From the NCBI RefSeq assembly GCF_963921235.1, contig NC_086097.1, positions 45,324,001 through 45,388,000 of the forward strand: a stretch of DNA of 64,000 nt, written 5' to 3'. Position numbers and translations under genes: made by a program. Shown here one piece after another: positions 1-11,599 of this stretch (positions within the stretch are counted from its first letter, which is position 1; every line of letters starts with the position of its first letter). The stretch comes from Mobula hypostoma (Eukaryota). Under the pieces are notes generated by a model, which searched no databases, was not told where the DNA came from, and saw only the letters and a list, made by a program, of their open reading frames with translations.

Positions 1-180
1 CTGTAAATACTAGTAGGTTTTCAGTCCAATAGGGTCTCATTGGTGTTGTTTGTACAGGTACAAACAGTGTGATAAATTTTCTTCTAATTTCTTTCCTTTC
101 TCTGTTTTGTAGGAACAGAAGTCCTTTCAGCTACTGAACATGTTCCACCATTTAACTAATAATGGCAGCTGTGTACCCTG

Positions 181-1337
181 GAAACGTAGAAATCTACAGC
201 ACATCACAGGCTCTTCGGCCCACAATGTTGTGCCAAGCATATAAGCTGCTCTAGAAACTGCCTAGAATTTCCCTACTGCATGGCCCTCTACTTCTCTAAG
301 CTCCATGTACCTATCTAAGAGTCCCTTAAAACACCCTATTGTATCCGCCTCTACCGTTGTCACTGGCAGCACATTCCACGCACCCACCACTCTCTGTGTG
401 AAAAACTTACCTCTGACATCCTCCTTGTACCTACTTCCAAGCACCTTAAAACTAAGCCCCACGTGTAAGCCACTTCAGCACTGGGAAAAATCCTCTGGCT
501 ATCCACATGATCAATGCTTCTCATCATCTTATACATCTCTCTCAGGTCACCTCTCATCCTGTGTCACTCCAAGGAGAAAAGGCCAAGTACACTCAACCTA
601 TTCCCATAAGGCATGCTCTCCAATCCAGGCAACATCCTTGTAAATCTCCTCTGCACTCTCTCTATAATATCCACATCCTTCCTGTAATGTGGTGACCAGA
701 ACTGAACACAGTACTCCAAGTGGGGTCCAACTAAGGTGCCATATAGCTGTAACATTACCTTGAACTCAATCCCATGGTTGACACATCATACGCCTTCTTA
801 ACAACACTGTCAACCTGCGCAGCATCTTTGAGTGTCCTATGGACATGGACCCCAAGATCTCGTTGATCTTCCACACTGCCAAGGGTCTTACCATTAATAT
901 TCTGTCTTCAAATTTGACCTACCAAAATGAACCACTTCACACTTATCTGGGTTGAACTCCATCTGCCACTTCTCAACCCAGTTCTGCATCATATTGATGT
1001 CTCGCTGTGACCTTTGCCAACTCTCCAGACTATTCACAACACCTCCAACTTTTGTGTCATCAGCAAACTTACTAACCCACTCTTCTACTGCCTCATCCAG
1101 GTCATTTATAAAAATCACAAAGAGGAGGGGTCGCAGGACAGATCCCTGCGGACCACCGCTGGTCACCGACCTCCATGCAGCATATGAACCATCTACAACC
1201 ATCCTTTGCCTTCTGTGGGCAAGGCAACTCTGGATTCACAAAGCAAGATCTCGTTGGATCCCATGTCACATTACTTCTGTATGAGCCTCACATGGGTAAC
1301 CTTATCAAATGCCTTACTGAAATCCATATACACTACC
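181..1337 (-). mobile_element. CR1-clade LINE, 5'-truncated, degenerate RT and 3' UTR
   Basis: Minus-strand ORF fragments YMDFSKAFDKV, SVTSGGPQGSVL..FINDLD..SKFADDTK, PHLEYCVQFWSPH..RVQRRFTRM and FFTQRVVGAWN; CR1-type 3' tail near 181-260. Confidence 0.92.
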
Positions 1338-1399
1338 TTAACTCTGGATTGCAATGGTTTCATGACCCTTAAAATCTTTGCTTGATAAAACTGCACTGA

Positions 1400-1760
1400 T
1401 GCAAATACACCAGAGTATAGAGGTGGACGCAGGGCTCCTTTTTTGAGGAACAAACCAAGCAGCTAAGTAATAGAGGATTCCCTGATGTAAGAGGGAATGT
1501 TCCCAGTAAATCAAATGTCAAGTGCTGCTGGAAGATCATCCTGGTGAAAGATACACTCTGGTCTGCCCAAAACCTGTGACCTTCTAGTCCAAGATGTCTG
1601 TAAGCAAATGCAGCCGCCTGCACACTTCAGGCTATTAGCCAAAGAGCACACTAAAGCCTGGTGCAGCCAACACAAGGGCTCTGTGAAGAAGGACTGCAGT
1701 CTAAAGTCCTGCTACCACTGGACAGTAAGGGCCTCAATCCCCTAAAACACTTGAAGTTTG
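1400..1760 (+). mobile_element. Highly degenerate Tx1-like (L1 clade) LINE 3' end
   Basis: tgctgctggaagatcatcctggtgaaagatacactctggtctgcccaaaac...cactaaagcctggtgcagcc resembles the C-terminus of chondrichthyan Tx1 ORF2; no intact ORF. Confidence 0.45.
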
Positions 1761-2973
1761 CATCGTCCAAAATGGCTACATGTGGCAGTGGTCCCTTGTA
1801 CATCGGATGTGCTAACACTACAAGTTCATCAACCTCATAACACCACAAAGGTATAGAACAACGCTATGAATGTAAAGAAAACCAGCTATTTCTTTTGTAT
1901 GTCTTTTTTGGGGGGAAAGGATGTGGGTTCTTATTTCTAACGACACGTGGTGCCAAGAATATGATGAATTACTAAAAAACAATGAGAATTGCTAAAACAC
2001 ACGCACCATGTTATTTCACTCTGTCCAATTACTTTCTTCCTATACATCAGACATACTGTATACCTCCACAATACTGAGATACTGAGTTTTGAAATTTTCA
2101 ATTGATCACATCTCAAAAAATTGGAAGGAATAAACTTTCTGAAGCTACTGTTGTCTGCTGTGATGCAGTGTACAAGCCCCACTCAGTTAGCTGACCAATA
2201 TCACAATGCTGCGCTTTGCTCCTCAAGAATGCTTCATTTCATACTGGTCTGAGGCAAAATTAAAGCAGACAGCAGACATTTTGACTGAACTAACCGGAGG
2301 CCACTTGCTTGTATTAAAAATGCTCCTGAGAAAGTGGGCATTGCAGGGCCTGCTGCAATACGTACGACAGATGAAATATCCCTTCTAGCAGCAAAGCTCT
2401 GCTGTCAGCTCCCGACACCCGTCCTCCACAACTTGTCTTCACGCCCTTGGTCTTCGGCTGCTCACCCTGCCCAAGGACAAGCCGCCCAGAGTTTGTTCTC
2501 AAGTAGAGATCCTCTCTGTGGAAAATACGACAGGCAGTCACAGTTCCATGCTCTGCTTGAAAGAGGCGCGCAACTAATTTGTCTGCCTTTGTGCCTGTCA
2601 AGTTCCTCTTCTTTACTGCTGACTTAATACCAAAACCAATCATCAGTCTGAACTTTACCCTGTAATAATGAGCCAATTCCAATAATGCTCCCATGAAGCA
2701 GTGCAACACGTGTGGAAAGTGAGGCCACTTGCAGCAATATCAAGCAAATTATGATTCTTGGGAGTATCAGTAAGAGGGGTTAGCAGTACAAAATCTAATC
2801 TGACCTGAACCTTTAAATTTTAGCAGAGTGAATTAATTTTAATCAAACTGATTCTACTTTCATTATTTATGAATGCTATTTTTTTGGTACCCTGCTGAGG
2901 TAAATTTTCTAGTTACTCCTGCAGAATCGATGACCTTGTTCAAGATAGAAGTAGTCAAATTTTGTCTTTAAAA

Positions 2974-3225
2974 ATGCAAACAACAGGAATTCTGCAGATG
3001 CTGGAAATTCAAGCAACACACATCAAAGTTGCCGGTGAACGCAGCAGGCCAGGCAGCATCTCTAGGAAGAGGTACAATCGACGTTTCAGGCCGAGACCCT
3101 TTGTCAGGACTAACAGAAGGAAGAGTTAGTAAGAGATTTGAAACTGGGAGGGGGAGTGGGAGATCCAAAATGATAGGAGAAGACAGGAGGGGGAGGGATG
3201 GAGCCAAGAGTTGGCAGTTGATTGG
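2974..3225 (-). mobile_element. Penelope-like element (PLE) terminus with hammerhead motif
   Basis: Same terminal sequence that follows the GIY-YIG ORF remnants at 20.5-21.7 kb; minus strand reads tagtc-ctgacaa-agggtctcggcct-gaaac-gtc-gattg. Confidence 0.8.
3075..3112 (-). ncRNA. Minimal type I hammerhead ribozyme motif (G8>A, probably inactive)
   Basis: Stem I UAGUC/GAUUG, core CUGACAA (consensus CUGANGA), stem II hairpin, GAAAC-GUC cleavage triplet with palindromic ACGU. Confidence 0.65.
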
Positions 3226-4319
3226 TAAGTTGATCAGGGTTTTTAGTGACCTGGGTCAAATGTGTTGCACTCCTTTATGGGACCATGTCACAGCAATTCC
3301 TTTCTTTCACTTTTCGGAATATGCTACTGTGTTAAGTAGAGTCATATTATCCTTTGGAAAGTTCCAATTCCTTGGGCTTGCATCAGGTTCAGATCAGCAG
3401 CGATCAAGTGACTAATTTAATCTAATAACCCTCTAACCTCCAATTTAAGGACTTTGTTCCAAAGTGATTTCTTAACTGACAAGAAAAGAAATTTGGAATT
3501 TTCAATGCGATAGTCTTTTATAAACTTTCCATAGCTGTGAGATTTCACATAGCACCAAAGTTAGGAGATTAGAATTTAGTTTAATTCAGTGCGAATTGAT
3601 CAATTACCATTCTGCCTTGATGTTTGCCAATGTCCAATTAATGCTGTACTCCAGCTAATATTCCACTTTAATATTGCAACACTCAGAGCTATTACATTGC
3701 TCTGTTCATAATGCTGCTAATAAACTTGTTTCGACAATTACAAATCTTCAAATACTCAAGTTTCAATATAGCACCAACATAAGGAGATTTTGTGGATGGC
3801 AGGGCATCAGGCAACTCTGCTGCCAATTAGACTAAATGATCAAAATAGCTGACTTTCTGTCTGATATCCCAACCAAAGCCAAAGTTAGATTGCTTATCCC
3901 CTCTAATACAAATCCTCCATTTTGTTATAATGAATAATGTATTCAAACTGAGGAAACTATCCTGGGGATAAATTCATGGGATAAGAGGACTGACATGTAT
4001 GAGAAGATTGTTTTTAGTTATGCATCTCAAAAAGTGTAAGGGAACATACTCACTATATGTAGACATACTGAGAATATTAGCTTGTGTCAAAATCAGAGAT
4101 GGACAATGATGTCCAAGTTCAATTTCAAAAATCTTCGATGGAAGACTGGAAATCTAACCTTACAAACCAATTTTGGAATCATTCAAAGAATATCTGATAA
4201 AGGGACAATGAAGATTTTTTTTTAATGGACCAAATGTACTTTCTGACAAATGTGAGATGTCACCACTCCCTGACCTGGAAAATTGTCACATTAACTGAGA
4301 GTCACATTATTGTGCTGCG

Positions 4320-4382
4320 AAACGTCGACCGACCTTTTCCACGGATGCTGCCCAACCGGCTGAGTTCCTCCAGTGTGTTGTG
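4320..4382 (+). mobile_element. 63-bp PLE 3' terminal fragment with 11-bp TSD
   Basis: aaacgtcgacc...gatgctgcc..gctgagttcctccag..tgtg flanked by ATTGTGCTGCG at 4309-4319 and 4383-4393. Confidence 0.75.
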
Positions 4383-4846
4383 ATTGTGCTGCGTGTGCTT
4401 TTTAAGATTCTGGAAGTGTTAGAGCGGCTTGGGGAATACATGTAGATCACAGGGCTGGAATTTGGAGTGGCCCTCATGCAGGAGTGTAGGATCTAGAGGT
4501 TAGTTGAGCGTTGGGGCATCAGCTACAAGGTGAGTGATGTTGGTTGGGTGACCTAGGGTGGCATTGGTGGTTTATAAATAGGATCAGGGTTCTAATTGAC
4601 TGAAGGAAAGTCTGGGTCACAAAGGATGTCCTTAGTAAGAAGTAAGTTTTTAATTTAAAGGGATTTTGGACAATGGTCTCTTCAGGCACGTCTCCTTTAA
4701 GTTTCACCGAAGCAGGGCTTCATATTGAAAGTCTGCTTTGATGGAAGTGGCAAACCATTTGTGGGCCATGCACGTATTAATGAATCTCATGGAAGTGATA
4801 TTCAGCCATGTCCTGTACACAACTGTTCCTGATTGTTATCTCCCTG

Positions 4847-5490
4847 TGCTGGCATTCATTTCAAGAGGAATAGTGTATAAGAGTAAGGAGGTGTTGATGA
4901 GGCTCTATGGGACACTGGTGAGACCTCATTTGGAATACTGTGTGCAGTTTTGGGCCCCCCTATCTTAGAAGGGATGTACTGACGTTGGAGAGAGTTCAGA
5001 GAAGATTTACGAGGATGATTCCTGGAATGCAGGGGCTAACATATGAGGAGCATTTGTAGGCTCTTGGACTGTATCCATTAGAGTATAGAAGAATGAGAGG
5101 GGATCTTGTAGAAACATTTCGAATGTTGAAAGGGCTGAACAGAGTAGATGTGGAAAGGCTGTTTCCCTTGGTGGGTGAGTCCAGGACAAGAGGCCACAGT
5201 CTTAAAATTAGAGGGTACCCATTTAAAACAGAGATGAGGAGAAATTTTTTTAGCCAGAGGGTTGTGGATTTGTGGAATTCATTGCCACATACAGCTGTGG
5301 AGGCCCGATCATTGAGGGTGTTTAAGGAGGAGATTGTTAGGTATCTAATTAGTCAGGGTATCAAAGGATATGGGGAAAAAGCCGGAAATTGGAACTAGGT
5401 GAAAGAATAGTTTAGCTGAAAGAATAGTGGCAGAGCAGACTCGATGGGCGGAATGGCCTACTTCTGCTCCTTTGTCTTGTGATCTTGTGA
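4847..5490 (+). mobile_element. CR1 LINE 3' fragment
   Basis: LAFISRGIVYKSKEVLMRLYGTLVRPHLEYCVQFWAP; MRGDLVETF..RRNFFSQRVVDLWNSLP; tail tcttgtgatcttgtga. Confidence 0.92.
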
Positions 5491-8400
5491 ATGTGTATGG
5501 ATGGCAGATTCTGGAACAAAATTTCTGTCTGTTATCCTCTCCCCCCAAGCTTCTAAAACTGCCTAAGAACTTTTCACTTTCGCCCCCTTGTACAACTCTA
5601 ATTTATTGTTTCACCACTGCCAATCAGCTCTCAGCCATCTTGGCCTGAAACTCTACTACTTCCTCATTAAAATTTTCCCTTCCTTCCACTCTCCTTTCAA
5701 ATGCCATTCTATGTTTGTCAGCTATCACTTGTCATAATATCTTTTTTAATGCTGGTTTGAAAATGTTTCCTTTTGCCTTGGAGCATCTTACAATATTAAA
5801 ATTGTGAATATAAATGCTAATTACTGTGATCTTGGTCTTATCTATCTAACAACAGTGATTACATTTTGAAAGCAGTTTTAGTATTGAAACCAGACTAGGA
5901 ATTAAAAATGAAAACTCTTTCTTTCCAATGTCAGTAGTCTCCAGCAAATAATATGCAAACTATATGATAGTTTCTCAAACACTGTATTAACAGGTTTATT
6001 CACTGCAACTTAGATGGGATATTATATCTTGTAGGTGTCAGTAATTTATCATATTGTGCATGGTGAGAAGAGCTAACACTCCTTTACAACAAAAGCTCTG
6101 AGTTGGATGGAATGATATAAGCCCATTGCACAGGCTGTGATGAAAAATCTGAAGGACATACGGAGGAAATATAATTTAGTACTCTGTCACGTCTGTGAGC
6201 AAAGCAAAGGAAATGAATGATACTGTAATGAGCTGCAAGCAAGTGAGTTGCATTTTTCAGATTTGCTCTGTTTCCATTTAATTGATCTACCTGGTTAAAT
6301 TTTATATGCTAAAAGATTTTCAAAATGCATTTATATGTTAACATTCAGAAAATGTGACAATATTCTGCAAATGGGAATAAAAGGGATTCCATTAAAATTA
6401 ATCAGAAAAAACAGAGAATGAAACTAAGTGTTAATTGCAGGTTTTTGGAAATAAACCAATATTCCTTGTCCTCATCTCAAAGCTGCTTTCTCCAAAGATC
6501 TAATTTTTGTCTTTTTATCGGTCAAGGATTAACAACTGGTAGAAGCTGACCACTTCTACATAACAAAACCAAGAGGTGCATGTCTTGTATTTGTTTTTCA
6601 TCAGTTAAGTTACTTCATGTGGTTGCTTTGACATATTTCAATCGTGTCATTTGATTAATACACAGCTATTCTCAAGGGAATAGATTTAAAGCTGTTGGAC
6701 ATATGGGCTCTTTTCCATTCAGATTTAATCTTACTGAAGCTTTGATTAGCCTAACTGATGATGCCAGTAACTGTTATCTTGTGTGGACTATTATAAAAGT
6801 GACAGATGGAGAAACCCCTTTTGGCTTGTGCTAAATCTCTCTGGCTTAGAATGCTCTTAAGTTCTTTCATGTCAGTCATTGATATGAAATTTTGTTTAAA
6901 TGTTGCTCATCCCTGGGTCTTACTGCCTCATGACACTTACTGTCTGATATCGGTGCAAGATGTTCCTGATTTACTTCACAATGGTAACGTGTACTAAGGC
7001 AAGCTCTTGAGGACACAAGGCCTATTCCTCTGCACAAGACACCCTGGACCTCATCCGCCACCGAATACCCTCATGGCACTGACAAATTCCTCGGCAATCA
7101 CTATTGACGTACTTTGGTAATTCTGATGGACGATCACTTTAGAGTCTCATGGATGAGACTCTTTAATCATTCTGTATTTATTAATACTTCAATGGGTCAG
7201 CTTTGAATATTAGAGAGAACCGTAAATATTGGGAAAATTGTCACATGCTGGACAGATGGTGAAATAAAGTGAACACATCAGCACCATCGAGCAGATCGTC
7301 TGATAGGATAACTAGGAGAGAATGGTTGACAGACTGGTGTTAGCTGAGCCAGGGCTATAAATATTGACTCCACATAAGGACAACACATCATTAAATCACT
7401 GCCATTTTCTTCTTCCTTCGCACATTTTTGACATATCAAAACAGCAGCTACTGGCAAGCGTAGGATGCTGTCAGATACAGACCTTCCAATGATGGTGTTG
7501 ATAGTGACTGAAGTAAACGCCATTTCGTGAGATTAAGATTGATACTCCATGTAATTCTCTATTATGTAACTAAGGGAAATCTACGTCGCATTAAAAGGTC
7601 ATTGAGTTTAATTGTTTTCGGATGCAGAGTCAAACCAAGCATAAAAGAAGAGGAGGAGGAAGGTTATGGTATGTGACGTTTAACTTTGGGGTTGGAGCTA
7701 CAAAGAATGAGCATCTTAAAGTAGCTGACAGGGATAAATACCTAAAGTGCTCAAGGGGAAAACAAGGACTGGATACAGGCAGCAGGGTTTTAAAACCTAA
7801 AACCAGCATGGATGTACAAGTTATCATTTCTGAGTCAAACATCTGACTAAAACAACATGTCAATATAACTCTCCACAGTCAGATCTTAATGGACAGCAAG
7901 AAGAATCCCAAAGGGAAATGCTGTGAGTAGCAATAGTCATTGTTCTGAGGGCAGATTCCAAGGGCTAGTGGGACAAGAAGGAGATTGATTTACTCTCAGT
8001 GGACCCCGTTTCTCAGTGTCAGGGGAGAAAGGTGGAAAGCTCTGATTTTTTTTCCCTTCAGAAACTACCTAGACTGGTTCAGCAATCGGATATTAAATGA
8101 TAAAATTATGTTAATTTTATCTTTTGTAGCAGATAGAAATAAATCACTAGGCCAAACCAGCTTCGTTCCTTCCATTGGTAAATCACCTGATGAGTCACAA
8201 ATCAAAATTTAGCACAAACTCCACTTGCAAGAGGTGGGGGTAGATTTTAAATCTGACCCCGGTCAGAAACTAGCATTGCACATTAAGAGTGTGGCCAATT
8301 TACACTGACATTAAATCATTTTCTATAATGCACAATCTCTGATGTCAGTTTAGCACACAAGCAGCAAATTGAAACTCTCTTACAGTTACAGATACTAATT

Positions 8401-9304
8401 GAAGAGTTTTTAAAATTCTAATAGAATCTTCTATTATCTCAAACAAATCTGTACTCATTACTATGCCAATTTCTACATTAAAATTACTGTGCAATCTTTT
8501 ATCACCATGGGTAATATGAATTGAGAATGCTTTCAATGTAATTCAAATGAAATGGCACATGACCTTTCTCCTAGTACTGAGAGAGAAAGAATCTCATTCT
8601 CCACATTTTTACAATTCAGATAATTTCATCTTCAGTACCAGGTCATTCCATAAATATTCAGACAAACACAATGTCCTTTTATCTATCATACCTCAAAACA
8701 ATGCATATAGATGGTTTGTTTTAACCAAGTAGTTTCTCAAATGTTGCACAGTTTCAAATTATATTATCAGCACTCTAAAGCCAAATGTATTATGTAATGT
8801 AACCGTATTGTTCTTTTAACTAGATCATATGATGAAGAGAAAAATTGTAACTAATTGAAGACCATGGAGACCCATTGTTGAATACGAGATTTATATTTAT
8901 TTAAATGTTGCGTGATATCAGTGATTGATTATCCACAAAAGTCAGAAGAACAGCAAGTTCCTCATTTTCAGAACAAGCAGACCATACATGGGTAAATGAT
9001 ATTATGCCTTGGTTTCTTCATAGAATCAGAGAATCCCAGGATGATGTTGTGTTCAACATACTTTCTCCATAGACTCACCCCAGATCTGCTCCATAAATCT
9101 GTCAGCTCATAAGGGTTCTGTTCCCTTTGGCCTGTTTTACAAGGCTTTTATGTATAATTCTAAACTCACTGTGAAACTTTAACTGTTCTTGCGATTAATC
9201 ATAGGAAGTACTCATTACAAATTTGATTTAAGAGTTGTTGAATTAGGCCAATTATAAAGGTATCATTGTGCCTATAATTGGCAATTGATTTTGCCCACAT
9301 ATGG

Positions 9305-9402
9305 GGCAGAGGGGAAAAAAAAAGGATCAGCCATGACTAAATAGCAGAGCAGATTCGATGGGCCAAATGGCCTAATTCTGCTCCTATGTCTTATGGTTCT
9401 AT
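9305..9402 (+). mobile_element. CR1 3' UTR tail fragment
   Basis: gatcagccatg..gagcagattcgatgggccaaatggcctaattctgctcctatgtcttatgg matches the other CR1 tails in the window. Confidence 0.75.
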
Positions 9403-9609
9403 GTTCATGGGAATTGACTGTCGCAGCAGTCGATTGCAAGAGTATGGGGAAGGGGAGGGGCAAACGGAGCCACAACAACTCCCAAAAAGCTATTCAGAAA
9501 CAATACGTGCAATGTGTTTTATTAAGTTTACTTGTACATGTTCTCCCATAACAAAATGGATCTGCACAACAGTCCCTGCAACTGCTGGCAAATTGAAACT
9601 CCTTAGAGC

Positions 9610-9885
9610 TTAGAGTCTGACAAAGAACGTCCTTTGACCATAAATGTTTTGAGGGAGGATATGCTGATTTGCCGACAGCAAGCTCCCATGGAAAGCAGCG
9701 TAGTGATGGCCACTGCATGATGTTTATTGATGAATGCATAACTAGCCAGGGCACGTGTGTAATGTCCAGCCCCTCTAATCTTTCAAACCTACTTGAGAGA
9801 GGAAGGCAGGCCTCAGTTTAACAACTCATTCTAACAATACCTTTCACTACATCAGAATTTTTTGTTCACATCTTTGAGGTGAGGT
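9610..9885 (-). mobile_element. Degenerate Deu-domain SINE (SacSINE1/AmnSINE1-like)
   Basis: gcaagctccca...ccagggcac...cctacttgagagaggaaggcaggcctcagtttaacaactcattc resembles the reverse strand of the DeuSINE core. Confidence 0.4.
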
Positions 9886-10438
9886 TGTTGTGTATTTAAA
9901 ACTTCAGTAATATTGGCACATAGAGTTTGCGCGTGGCCAAGTGGTTAAGGTGTCGGTCTAGTGATCTGAAGGTCGCTAGTTTGAGCCTCAGCTGAGGCAA
10001 TGTGTTGTGTCCTTGAGCAAGGTGCTTAACCACACAGTGCTCTGCGACGACACCGGTGCCAAACTGTATCGGCCCTAGTGCCCTTCCCTTGGATAACATC
10101 GGTGGCGTGGAGAGGGGAGACTTGCAGCATGGGCAACTGCCAGTCTTCCATACAATCTTGCCCATGCCTCAGTCAACATCGAAATCGATGGACAGCCGAA
10201 GAAGAAGAAGAATATTTGAGTAATATTGTAAATATAGCTTGATCAAACATTCTTTGTTTACATAATTCATTACAGGTTATGTGTAAATGTACGTGAATGA
10301 CATATGTCATGATGCTACCACGCCATATGTGCAGGCCTCACTGAAGTGAAAATAAGTAAAAATGAAATTCACGTCTATCCCCCGGCTGCATGTTGTTCCA
10401 TCGATTAGTTTTATGTGTTGGAGTTGTAAAACATAACA
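9886..10438. mobile_element. Solo-LTR-like element interrupted by a SINE
   Basis: Begins TGTTGTGT and ends ACATAACA (TG..CA, imperfect terminal inverted repeat); no matching TSD seen. Confidence 0.4.
9929..10212 (+). mobile_element. tRNA-derived SINE with (GAA)n tail
   Basis: A box TGGCCAAGTGG 9934-9944, B-box-like AGTTTGAGCC 9978-9987, CORE-like gtgtccttgagcaaggtgcttaac, tail gaagaagaagaagaa. Confidence 0.75.
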
Positions 10439-10508
10439 GGACCTGATCTATTTTCTCCTGATGCAAGGACTTCCAGAGTCAGAGTCAGGAATGAGGGGGA
10501 GGGAGAGG

Positions 10509-10858
10509 CAATGTTCCCTCTGGGGCGTGCGCATGTGCACGTGCACACATCTTTATGCTACTAGCGCACAAATGAATTTAAACTGTGCACAAAAGGTTAT
10601 CACCCACTACCTCCATGGCATATTAAGTATATATTTTATGATTGTACACAATCACATCTCTTTTTCTTGTTTCTGATCTGGACGGTGTTGACAATGTGGC
10701 GTTTGCAATGAATTGTCTGAAGGTTTTAGAGCTGGCTGATGTACACAGTATTTATCGAAGAAATCATTCAGTGCGCACATGCTGTTGTCACTGGGCAAAG
10801 AACTGCACAGTGCAAGCTTTTTGAGCACACTGGTCATTACAAATTAGAGGCAACGTTG
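10509..10858. mobile_element. Non-autonomous hAT DNA transposon (MITE)
   Basis: TIRs CAATGTTCCCTCT / AGAGGCAACGTTG (2 mismatches); 8-bp TSD GGGAGAGG / GGTAGAGG. Confidence 0.8.
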
Positions 10859-10869
10859 GGTAGAGGTCG

Positions 10870-11500
10870 TTGACTGATGTTGAACAGGGACAGGTGCTGG
10901 TGGTCGGAGTGGTCCACGGTCAAAGGCCAGCAATCCCTGTGCAAAGATGTCAGGTCAGCAGACATTGAGGACGAAGACCAGCAGTCCCCACGGTCAATGA
11001 CTGAAGGAGTCAATCGTGGTCACAGGCCCTGTGAATGAGGGTTGCTGATCCCCCCAGGTTCGCGGTCTGTGTGAGTCTGGAGTTTGAGGCTCAGAGTTGA
11101 AAGTCCAGTAATCGCTAAGTCATAGGGACCAAAGTCAGTGAGTCCAGAGGTCAAGACCTGAAGGTCAAAGACTCTAGGTTGGTGTGTCCGGAAGATGAAG
11201 GCCCAATGTCAGTGAGTCCATGCCAGACTCTGGAAGATGGAGGTCTGGAGGTGGCCTATCCTGGCATTGGAGATCAGGCTGTGTGAAAGAATTGCTGCGA
11301 GGGTGGAAAATGACTTGTTTTGCTGTTGTGGTTGTTGTTGTTGTTCTGTTGAACATTGTGGGCATGTTCTGTTGTTACTGGAATGTGTGGCAATATTTGT
11401 AGGCTGCCTCCAGCATATCCTTTGGTTGTGTTGGTTGTTAAATCAAGCGATGCATTTCACTGTATGCTTCAATGTACATGTGATAAATAAATGAATCTGA
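10870..11500 (+). mobile_element. Non-autonomous retroelement with Rex1/L2-type 3' tail
   Basis: 3' end gatgcatttcactgtatgcttcaatgtacatgtgataaataaatgaatctgaa; same tail in reverse at 34895-34945 and 40657-40815; 5' boundary uncertain. Confidence 0.55.
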
Positions 11501-11599
11501 AAAGGTTAAATAGTTATCCTGAGGCTGCAGTCAGGCACGTTGCCATCATAATTTAATGTTCCCAAATCCCATCACCTTCTGTTGCATGGAATAAACTAT

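Noticed and set aside
75..180. Strong plus-strand splice acceptor at 111-112
   Set aside because: Followed by CR1-tail-like sequence with no convincing donor or recognisable peptide
2314..2709. 131-aa minus ORF and overlapping 97-aa plus ORF
   Set aside because: Non-ATG starts, no recognisable homology, length compatible with chance
7141..7162. Palindrome AGAGTCTCAT-gg-ATGAGACTCT
   Set aside because: Isolated 10-bp arms with no supporting context; no function assignable
8129..8177. Possible 48-nt plus-strand microexon (ADRNKSLGQTSFVPSI)
   Set aside because: Only moderate splice sites, no recognisable protein, no partner exons
9929..10000. tRNA gene
   Set aside because: A and B boxes present but no cloverleaf or acceptor stem; continues into a SINE body and tail
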